Below, piece by piece: positions 50,861 to 58,673 of a stretch of 64,000 nt of DNA; position 1 is the first letter of the stretch; the number at the start of each line of letters is the position of its first letter. Made by a program: the position numbers and the translations under genes. The DNA comes from a virus (lineage: Duplodnaviria; Heunggongvirae; Uroviricota; Caudoviricetes): IMG/VR virus record IMGVR_UViG_2751185775_000001, positions 9,005 through 73,004 of that record; one strand, written 5' to 3'. The notes beneath the pieces were generated by a model. The model saw nothing but the letters and a program-made list of their open reading frames with translations. It did not search any database and had not been told where the DNA came from.

Positions 50861-51748
50861 ATGACTATGAACACCACCTCTGTTACTTCCGATAGCGGTC
50901 TTTCTCTCGATGAAATGATGGCACTGTTAGATCCGGTTAGTCCTGCTGAAATTGCAGACGAGCCTGTTGCAGAGAAAACCGGCGCTATGGCTGATCTTGA
51001 TAGCCTTTCTGCACAACTTGATGCGCTTGACGCGGCAGTTGTTACGAAGCAGGTTTCAGCGGTAGAGGCTGTTATCCCTACGACCACTGTAGACAGTAGC
51101 GAGGATTTGGATGCGGTGCTGTCAAAACTATCTGATGATTTAGGCAGTGAAGAACCTGACCTGAATAAGATTATTGAGCCTGAACCTGAGCCGGAAGAAG
51201 CAAAGGCAGAATCTGTTGCAGTTGCAGCAGCTGTTGTTGATCCGGCTGATGCTCCTGTTTACACAGTTGCAGCAAAGCCACGCCGTAAACGCAAGGCTGC
51301 TGCTGAAACAGGCGGGTCTACTGAGCCGGCTAAACCACGCGAACCGCGCAGTAAAATGAGCCTTGATGATCTGACTGACGAGGACTGCGGAAAAATCGGC
51401 GTTGATAAAGCGGCGCTGGTTGAGGCATACGAAAAATGTCCGGTAAAGGCGAAAGATAAAGTCGTCAATCTGATCCAGTGGGCGGTCAAAGGCAATGAAC
51501 TGTCAGTCTATACGCAGTTGTGCATTGAGAACCTGATCAAAAATAACACCTCAACGTCTGAAATGTTCCGTCTTCACATGATGAGCAACCCGACACGTCC
51601 ATATCCGGCAGCGACGGCTGGTTCTCAAGCGGGTCAGTTAATGGCGGTTCTGCCGGCACTAAATATCGCAGATCGCGTCGGTAAAAATCTGACGCTTAAA
51701 GCTGACAGCCCTATCGTCAAATTGTTCGTCTCACAAATGGCAGCGTAA
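50861..51748 (+). CDS. Hypothetical acidic protein (PEPEPEE repeats)
   Basis: RBS agga; acidic/Ala-rich N-terminal half. Confidence 0.45.
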   Translation: MTMNTTSVTSDSGLSLDEMMALLDPVSPAEIADEPVAEKTGAMADLDSLSAQLDALDAAVVTKQVSAVEAVIPTTTVDSSEDLDAVLSKLSDDLGSEEPDLNKIIEPEPEPEEAKAESVAVAAAVVDPADAPVYTVAAKPRRKRKAAAETGGSTEPAKPREPRSKMSLDDLTDEDCGKIGVDKAALVEAYEKCPVKAKDKVVNLIQWAVKGNELSVYTQLCIENLIKNNTSTSEMFRLHMMSNPTRPYPAATAGSQAGQLMAVLPALNIADRVGKNLTLKADSPIVKLFVSQMAA

Positions 51749-51920
51749 CGCCAGAATCGACTCAGGGGAGCGTATTGTGTAGTAGCAATACGTTTCCTCA
51801 TCTTGTATCTGAAATCCTCTCAGAATTGCATACAGACACTCTACCGGACTTTTAAAACAATGCTTGCTGATCGATCCGGATGTTATAAACTCAATTCTTT
51901 TAATAGGTATTTAGGTACGT

Positions 51921-52529
51921 ATGGGAACGACAACGACAGAAACATCCAGAAAAAGGGACAAATCACTAAAAGACCTGTGGCGAACGCCAGGTTGGTGTGT
52001 CACGGCAATACAGAAGTTATTGGCGCTGACTTTTGATGTGGATGTTGCCTGTAACAAAGATAACGCGCTTTTCCCGAATTACATCGGTCTGGAAAAAAAT
52101 GCGCTGATATCCGAATGGGGAGCGTCGGACACGAAAGCGTTTCTGAACCCACCCTACTCCAAAATTGAGCCGTGGATTCACGCTGCTGTCCGGGAGCAAA
52201 GTCGAGGCGTGACAACCGTAATGCTGATACCGCAGTCCATCGATACAAAGTGGTATCTGCTGGCACGGGAACACGCTAACGAGGTTGTTTTCATCGTTGG
52301 TGGCCGGATAGCGTTTCTGGAGCCGGACGTTATGCTCGGATTCAAGGAGAGTCGTGAGAATACCGGCGGAAGCATGCTGGTGGTATTCCGTGGCTATTCT
52401 GGCGGTGTGGGCTGTATCAGCCGCGAAGTCGAAATAAACGTGATGAAAAAGCTGGGCGGGTATGTTCCGCCAGTCAGAGCAAAAAGAGTACCAAAGAAGA
52501 AACCCAAAAAAGAGTGTGCCGCTGTGTAA
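51921..52529 (+). CDS. dam: DNA N6-adenine methyltransferase (phage Dam-type)
   Basis: WRTPGW…DVDVACNKDNA…NPPYS motif. Confidence 0.7.
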   Translation: MGTTTTETSRKRDKSLKDLWRTPGWCVTAIQKLLALTFDVDVACNKDNALFPNYIGLEKNALISEWGASDTKAFLNPPYSKIEPWIHAAVREQSRGVTTVMLIPQSIDTKWYLLAREHANEVVFIVGGRIAFLEPDVMLGFKESRENTGGSMLVVFRGYSGGVGCISREVEINVMKKLGGYVPPVRAKRVPKKKPKKECAAV

Positions 52530-52661
52530 CAACGCAAGCCGTGTTCCCATAATATATATTTAGATCTTTATTGGTTTTTCCTTATAAAAATCTCTTTAAA
52601 TACTATCGGAGCACGGCTTACGAGAATCACTGCGGTTCGATAATAACTGCGGAGAAAATTT

Positions 52662-52889
52662 ATGACGGAAACCGTAAATGTAGTCGCTTTTGTTGAAACC
52701 CCGTTCACGGAAAATGTCCGTGATCGCCTACAGGATAAAATGAAAAGTTTTGAACTCGCGGAATGGGCGTTTCAGTGTATTGAAACCGGTGAGAACAAAG
52801 ACAACATGCGGCAGCTTGTCGGCGTTCTGGTGAATGAGGTGTTTGCACAAAGGAAATTGATCACTGACATGTGCAGTATTGGTAAATAA
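52662..52889 (+). CDS. Hypothetical protein (75 aa)
   Basis: ORF with RBS gcggag. Confidence 0.3.
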   Translation: MTETVNVVAFVETPFTENVRDRLQDKMKSFELAEWAFQCIETGENKDNMRQLVGVLVNEVFAQRKLITDMCSIGK

Positions 52890-52902
52890 CACATACGGTG
52901 TA

Positions 52903-52924
52903 GCGGGTTGGGCGCCCAACCCGC
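52903..52924. terminator. Perfect 22-bp GC-rich palindrome gcgggttgggc gcccaacccgc (bidirectional terminator between convergent genes)
   Basis: Perfect dyad. Confidence 0.55.
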
Positions 52925-52933
52925 ATTACTAAA

Positions 52934-53221
52934 CTATGCTAAAACAGTATCATCTCCGAGGGTTGACGATGATGCCGGTTTTGGTTTTGGTTTCAAACCT
53001 TTCACACCGTCAGCTATGACGGTTTTATATTCAGTTATACCTGTAAGATACTCAACTTGCTGCAACGCCTTGCTCAAGTCAGCAAACTCATTACCAGTGC
53101 TGTTTACTCTTGCAATTTCAGTAACAATTTCACCGACAGAGTAACCATTTTTTTGAGCCTTTTTCAAGGCGCGAACCTCTTTTCGGAGGGTTGAAGTTTG
53201 GGTTTCTGGTAAAAATCTCAT
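52934..53221 (-). CDS. Hypothetical protein (95 aa)
   Basis: Minus-strand ORF. Confidence 0.4.
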   Translation of the reverse strand: MRFLPETQTSTLRKEVRALKKAQKNGYSVGEIVTEIARVNSTGNEFADLSKALQQVEYLTGITEYKTVIADGVKGLKPKPKPASSSTLGDDTVLA

Positions 53222-53968
53222 TTCATTTGACCTTTTACTTATTTGACACAGAATTCTAAACGGGGGCAGTGGCTATGACCCGTTTACTCCTAATCAGATG
53301 AGTATCTGACTTCAAGATGTAATAACAAAGGTTCGCTGATTACACAATAAATCCTACAGAAAAAGCGTGTTTTCTACCCATTTCTGCATGGAAAGTGTTC
53401 GTTGTGCTTGCTTTGTGAGCTGGTTAGGTTTTGAACGTAAATGTCTTATTGACCTTATGGTGGCATGTATTACGGAGCTTGTGGCTTTCCGGTCTTTATA
53501 CACAAACATCATAGAAATCATGGGTGATAAAATACAGGCATCAGATATGCAGAACCTCTTTTGGGCGGGTCGTCCCGGCATCCATACAGCCTAAGTAGTG
53601 TGTGGTAATCGTTCACACCGGCAATAGCATGGTTTGTTATTACTTCGCTGCCACCATCTCCTGCTTTATCCTCGGTCAAAAGTCATTCGCCTGTAAGTTT
53701 CCGCATTTGTCACTGGTCATGAGCGCCGTTTTGATTGTTTTCAGGGGAGGATGCGCTAACACCTAACCATCATCACCGTTTACTGCATAATATGCGGTAT
53801 TTATGCAGTCATAGAGTGATTACCAGCGCGATGATAATAGTTACATTGCATTATTTAATCAATAAGTGAATACATACCTTGTGATTATCGATTGCAATCT
53901 GAGCCGACAACTTGATCGCCGCTTATAAGGCGGAGAATTGTTTTATGGATGATTGAAAGGATGGGATT

Positions 53969-54439
53969 TTGAAACTTGTAGTAACAGGTCACAGGCTGAA
54001 TAAACTCGGGTATGGGCGATTCGATCAGTTTTTGTGTGACACGCTGGCGGAGGTGTATCTTAAATTCCTCAACCCGGAAGTCGTGTACACCGGCGTTGCT
54101 TTGGGGTGGGACACCAATATTGCCAGAGCCTGTATATCTCTTGGTATACCGTTTATTGCCGCCGTACCGTTTGCCGGCCAGGAATGTAGATGGCCGGATC
54201 AGGCTCAGGCCGAATACCGGCGAATTTGCGACGCCGCCGAAAAGGTAGTGGTTGTTTGTGCCGGCAGTTACTCCCCTTTCAAGATGCAGGCCAGAAACGA
54301 ATACATGGTGGATCGCGCCGACAAGGTTTTGGCACTGTTCAATAAAACAACCGGCGGGACGTTTAACTGCGTGAGATACGCTAAAAAGACAGGAAAAGAG
54401 GTGATTAACGCTTGGCGTGAGTATGAAATATTTCATTAA
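53969..54439 (+). CDS. SLOG-superfamily protein (YpsA / DUF2493-like)
   Basis: MKLVVTGHR…LGYG… N-terminal Rossmann-like pattern typical of SLOG/LOG/DprA-like domains. Confidence 0.4.
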   Translation: MKLVVTGHRLNKLGYGRFDQFLCDTLAEVYLKFLNPEVVYTGVALGWDTNIARACISLGIPFIAAVPFAGQECRWPDQAQAEYRRICDAAEKVVVVCAGSYSPFKMQARNEYMVDRADKVLALFNKTTGGTFNCVRYAKKTGKEVINAWREYEIFH

Positions 54440-54637
54440 ATAATGCTGGTGGTATGCAAATACCTATTGAATTAAAAATGTAATTGAGTCATATTAATCC
54501 TGTCACGGGATGGACGCATAATGGCGGAAGCCATTTTTACTCAGGACGAGTAAACCGGGTGAGTTGAGTCCGGTATATCCAGACTCACTCCCCAACCTGT
54601 TATGCGGGTTTGCACGACACATTGCCATAGCTCCCCT

Positions 54638-54673
54638 GAAAGCCCACTACGCCACGGTGGGCTTTCGCTTTTC
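54638..54673 (+). terminator. Rho-independent terminator (gaaagcccac tacgccacg gtgggctttc gctttt)
   Basis: 10-bp stem plus T-tail. Confidence 0.6.
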
Positions 54674-54686
54674 CAGAGGTGACTAA

Positions 54687-55001
54687 ATGTTCTCAAAATT
54701 ATTCAATTTCTTTTTCGGCAAAAACACATCACGCAGTAATCAAACAGCCAAAAATGACCGCCGGTTATCATCAGGTCTTTACGGTGGCAACAACCGCTTC
54801 CGTGCCTCATCAAATTCACAAGGTACGTCCAGCCGCTCGCATCATATCGACCCCCTTTCTGACGATTATATCATTCATACAACAAGCACCAGCAGCACCA
54901 GCAGCACATCACCTCGCAGCTTCTCCTGTGATTCGTCCTACAGTGACAGTGACAGCAGTAGCTACAGCGGCGGTGATTCAGGCAGCAGTAGCTGCGATTA
55001 A
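54687..55001 (+). CDS. Small Ser/Asp-rich low-complexity protein (104 aa)
   Basis: RBS gaggtg 6 nt upstream; C-terminal STSSTSSTS…SDSDSSSYSGGDSGSSS. Confidence 0.4.
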   Translation: MFSKLFNFFFGKNTSRSNQTAKNDRRLSSGLYGGNNRFRASSNSQGTSSRSHHIDPLSDDYIIHTTSTSSTSSTSPRSFSCDSSYSDSDSSSYSGGDSGSSSCD

Positions 55002-55021
55002 TCGAATAAAAGGAAAGGAAA

Positions 55022-55396
55022 ATGCAAGAAGTAACGGTTGATCAGGTACATGAATTTTTGAAGCAGCACTACAAACATGACCGGTTTGAAGGGCGTAACA
55101 CGGAAACGTGGGGTATTGATTATTCAATGACGGTAGCGGCCGGCGTGACAAAACAACTGAATCACGGCATTTACTCCCTGATCTCACACCATGATTCCAA
55201 AACCGGCGAAGCGGTCTGGTTTAACCACAAATTGATCGCTCAGGATAATCCGCCGAGCAGATGGTGGAAGTCTGCCAACCCGAAAGATTACCTGTACGGC
55301 GCTTACATCCACACTGATGGCTGCGGGAATTGCGGTGCGGAATTTACCGGCCCGAAGCACGCTGATATCTGTTACGAATGCGTTCTGGAGAGTTAA
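55022..55396 (+). CDS. Hypothetical protein with C-terminal CxxC…CxxC zinc ribbon
   Basis: DGCGNCGAEF…CYEC. Confidence 0.45.
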   Translation: MQEVTVDQVHEFLKQHYKHDRFEGRNTETWGIDYSMTVAAGVTKQLNHGIYSLISHHDSKTGEAVWFNHKLIAQDNPPSRWWKSANPKDYLYGAYIHTDGCGNCGAEFTGPKHADICYECVLES

Positions 55397-55400
55397 GGCA

Positions 55401-55772
55401 ATGACATTATCAGAAATCTATGGCGCTTTTGCTGTTGGTCTGACCGGCGTTGCCGCCTGGAAAACTGGTTTTTTTCTTGTATGGCAACTGGGTTATAAGC
55501 GGCTGTACAGAAAAGTTTCGTTCAGAAAGCAGAGCTTTGACGCTGCTCTACAGGTGCTTATCCGTGCCGGTGAAAAAGTGAGTCAGAAAACGATGGAGCA
55601 GGTAAAAATCTCCTATTCAGACGACTCATATTCGATTTACTCAATCGGGGAATCAGCAGATCAGCTTGAGAGAGTCCTCAGCGGGTTTAACCGGCTGTCC
55701 GACGAAGACAAGGTAAAGCTGGATGCCGTGATGAAAGAAATCAGACCGTTTGAATCAGAGGTGAAACATTGA
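55401..55772 (+). CDS. Membrane-anchored hypothetical protein
   Basis: N-terminal TM FAVGLTGVAAWKTGFFLVWQL; RBS aagg. Confidence 0.4.
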   Translation: MTLSEIYGAFAVGLTGVAAWKTGFFLVWQLGYKRLYRKVSFRKQSFDAALQVLIRAGEKVSQKTMEQVKISYSDDSYSIYSIGESADQLERVLSGFNRLSDEDKVKLDAVMKEIRPFESEVKH

Positions 55773-55951
55773 AAGCGAAGCGCGGTTTGATCCTTAATAC
55801 TTTTCGTTACCTGTATGCCTTTACGTTCATCGTACCGTTGTATGTTGTTTCGGTATGCCTGTATTACCCGTCTAAGGCGGCAATCGCGGTGTTTCATTTC
55901 TTTCACCGCAACGGCATGAAAATCTTCTTCGAGCGTAATTCAGATCTCTGA
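55769..55951 (+). CDS. Small membrane protein (60 aa)
   Basis: Hydrophobic; overlapping start/stop. Confidence 0.3.
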   Translation: MKAKRGLILNTFRYLYAFTFIVPLYVVSVCLYYPSKAAIAVFHFFHRNGMKIFFERNSDL

Positions 55952-56027
55952 CATGCCTTTCAGTGCTGGTTGCTCACCTCGCCAGCACTGTCATCATATC
56001 CATATCGAAAAATGAAAGAGAAATCCC

Positions 56028-56936
56028 ATGATAGACCTGATTAAGAAGTCGCGTGACTTTGCAGAAAAAGCACATGCCGGCCAAAAGCGGAAGTACACCG
56101 GTGAGGATTACATCACCCACCCTGTTCATGTGGCGCAGATCGTCGGTGGTTTCGCCGGCTCGACGCAGGAAATGACAATTGCCGCTTTACTGCATGATGT
56201 GGTTGAGGACACTGGTGTAACACTGAGTGAGATCCGTCTGAATTTCGGCGATGAGGTGGCAGAGCTGGTTCACTGCCTTACCAATATCCGTTTTACCGAA
56301 AAACAGAAAGAATCAGTATTTAGCCGCCCGCGACGTTACGGTATGAACGCGGCGAAGATTTTCTTTCAGGATAACCGCGCTGCAAACACGATTAAAATCG
56401 CAGATATGATGAGCAACCTCAGCAATGTCTTTGATCATGACCGGAAGTACGGTACACGGTATCTGGCTGAGAAAACATATCTGTGCGACAACATTATCAG
56501 CCGAAACTGCAATCCTGCTGCTGTTCACGAGTTTTACGCTCTGGCTTCCCTGCTTTACGACGATTTAAATCAGGACGAAAAGACCCGTTACGGAATGCAC
56601 TACAACACTCTCGATAACGCGACCAAAGATGAAATCCTTCGCCGCGACCCGATGGTTACTGTTTCATACTCTGCTGCTGTTGGCTTGAAGCCGGCAGAGC
56701 CAGTCTTTAAATCAGCAAAAGACCTGCAACCGAATGATGTGATCAACATTATTGGCGGCTGGTATCGCGTTCGTTATATCAATTACAGACCATACGAAAT
56801 TTCGGTACAGCTACAGCGTAAAGAGCATGAACTGTCGCCGTTACTGGATCAGACCTGCATGACTCTTTCGGTTGACCGTAATCTGAATGTTCTTTTCCCT
56901 GTTGAGGTTAGCAATGAAAGTAAAGACACCGTTTAA
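56028..56936 (+). CDS. HD-domain phosphohydrolase, SpoT/RelA-hydrolase-like (putative (p)ppGpp/alarmone hydrolase)
   Basis: HPVHVAQIV…AALLHDVVEDT HD motif. Confidence 0.6.
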   Translation: MIDLIKKSRDFAEKAHAGQKRKYTGEDYITHPVHVAQIVGGFAGSTQEMTIAALLHDVVEDTGVTLSEIRLNFGDEVAELVHCLTNIRFTEKQKESVFSRPRRYGMNAAKIFFQDNRAANTIKIADMMSNLSNVFDHDRKYGTRYLAEKTYLCDNIISRNCNPAAVHEFYALASLLYDDLNQDEKTRYGMHYNTLDNATKDEILRRDPMVTVSYSAAVGLKPAEPVFKSAKDLQPNDVINIIGGWYRVRYINYRPYEISVQLQRKEHELSPLLDQTCMTLSVDRNLNVLFPVEVSNESKDTV

Positions 56937-57354
56937 CCCCAGCAAACGCGCCGAATGCCGTGTGAAAGATCCGGTTCCGGCTCCGACGAGCTGTCACTAC
57001 TGCTCAGGCAATGTGGCGGTCGCCAGTAATGATTGCATTTACGGTCGTGAGTATGGTGTATGGCCGTGGGTGTATCTCTGTGGATCTTGCGGTGCGTATG
57101 TTGGTCTGCACCCGTTCACGGCTATTCCGTTGGGGTCACTGGCTGATTATGAAACCAGAGAGGCGAGGAAACACAGTAAACGCTATTTCAGCAACCTGCT
57201 TACTGTACGTAACCTAAAACGTAGTGACGGTTATAAGATCATGGCTGATGAAATGGGTATAGACCGGTCGAAATGTCACTTCGGTATGTTTGATATCGAA
57301 ATGTGTAATCGTGCCGCAGATGCGTGTGAAAGATTGTTAAAGGTGCAGCAATGA
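56914..57354 (+). CDS. Zinc-finger hypothetical protein
   Basis: CHYCSG…CGSCGAY CxxC pairs; RBS gaggtta. Confidence 0.4.
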   Translation: MKVKTPFNPSKRAECRVKDPVPAPTSCHYCSGNVAVASNDCIYGREYGVWPWVYLCGSCGAYVGLHPFTAIPLGSLADYETREARKHSKRYFSNLLTVRNLKRSDGYKIMADEMGIDRSKCHFGMFDIEMCNRAADACERLLKVQQ

Positions 57355-57806
57355 AGTTCAAGCCAGAAACTCTGATGGATATGGCGGTACTGGTATCACG
57401 CGAATCAAAGTGCGTTAAGTATCAGGTTGGCTGTGTTATCGAGAAAGACGGCAGGATTATCGCCACCGGCTGCAATGGAACGCCAGCCGGTGCGTTAAAC
57501 TGCTGTGATGTATCAGCGTCGAAAGGCTGGGATATGTCAAAATCAGCAGACCGGCTCAAGCATCGTGAATGGTCGGATGTGAACGAGATCCACGCAGAAA
57601 TGAACGCCGTCATGACAGCCAGCGAAAGCGTCAAAGGCGCGAACGTTTATGTCACCGTCGAGCCGTGTAACCAGTGTGCGAAAAATCTTGTCCAAGCGGG
57701 TGTAAAGTCGGTCACATTTATTCAGTCAAAAAGCGGCAGTGGTGTGTTTATGAGTAAGCATGGCGTTAGTGTATATGGTATAAAAACATGTTTGTTAATT
57801 GGTTAA
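57351..57806 (+). CDS. dCMP / cytidine deaminase family
   Basis: HAEMNAV … EPCNQCAKNL zinc-binding motifs. Confidence 0.8.
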   Translation: MKFKPETLMDMAVLVSRESKCVKYQVGCVIEKDGRIIATGCNGTPAGALNCCDVSASKGWDMSKSADRLKHREWSDVNEIHAEMNAVMTASESVKGANVYVTVEPCNQCAKNLVQAGVKSVTFIQSKSGSGVFMSKHGVSVYGIKTCLLIG

Positions 57807-57852
57807 TCCGCTAGTATTATTTTTGTGAATTTATAATAACTTTGAGGTAATT

Positions 57853-58566
57853 ATGAATAGTGTTGATTTTTGGGGGTTATTAATAGGTAATGGCGCTATA
57901 TTCACCGCCGTAGCTGTAGCGCTTAAATTTTTGAATGACAAAAATACGGCAAAACAAATAGATAAAGCGATTAGTAGTTTACATAATTTATCAGAATCTC
58001 AAATTGCTAGTGTTATACAAGATAATATTAAAATTTATGAAAATAGAAAGTTTGTTGAGCAACAAATTGTAACGGGCAATATAGCGCACATGCGTCAGGC
58101 GTGGATTATTGATCTAAGAACAAAGTCTGCTGATTTTCTTGATAAATCTAGATATTGCCGCATTATTTTGGAAAGAATACTGAGGATAAAAGTCAGTTAT
58201 AGGGACGTATTTTCTGAAGAAATAAATAATGAGATTAATGATTTAAAAACTAAGTTTGAAAACTCAATTTTATCCATAGGTGGTATAAGCTCGTATATTG
58301 ATTTATTACTTCCATTCGCATTTAAAAATAAAGAGAGAGAAAAAGATGAACTTGAGGCTGAAAGTGTAAGGGAAGATATGCTTTCTATTGCAGGTAAATT
58401 ATACGAAATTTATAGTTTAATTGATGAGGATGACGAACTGGTCACAAGAAATATTGAAGAAATATTACAACTGGAAATTTCCATGACCGAGCAACTTAAA
58501 GCATTACTTTATAAAGAATGGAAGGTAACCAGTAGCCTTCAAGCGTTGAAAGAAATATATAAGTAG
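57853..58566 (+). CDS. Membrane-anchored helical protein, low GC (237 aa)
   Basis: N-terminal TM LLIGNGAIFTAVAVALKFL; about 30% GC island. Confidence 0.4.
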   Translation: MNSVDFWGLLIGNGAIFTAVAVALKFLNDKNTAKQIDKAISSLHNLSESQIASVIQDNIKIYENRKFVEQQIVTGNIAHMRQAWIIDLRTKSADFLDKSRYCRIILERILRIKVSYRDVFSEEINNEINDLKTKFENSILSIGGISSYIDLLLPFAFKNKEREKDELEAESVREDMLSIAGKLYEIYSLIDEDDELVTRNIEEILQLEISMTEQLKALLYKEWKVTSSLQALKEIYK

Positions 58567-58673
58567 TAATATATCAATGTGTAAATGCCGTCATTAAATA
58601 ATTATCAGCCTTTTGCGATGTGAGACAATAACATCAATGAGAAAACGAAATTATTTACATGGCGGTATAAACA

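Noticed and set aside
52000-52550. Minus-strand ORFs 52000..52266 and 52017..52550 overlapping the Dam methyltransferase gene
   Set aside because: The plus-strand gene carries clear MTase motifs (NPPYS); the antisense ORFs lack support.
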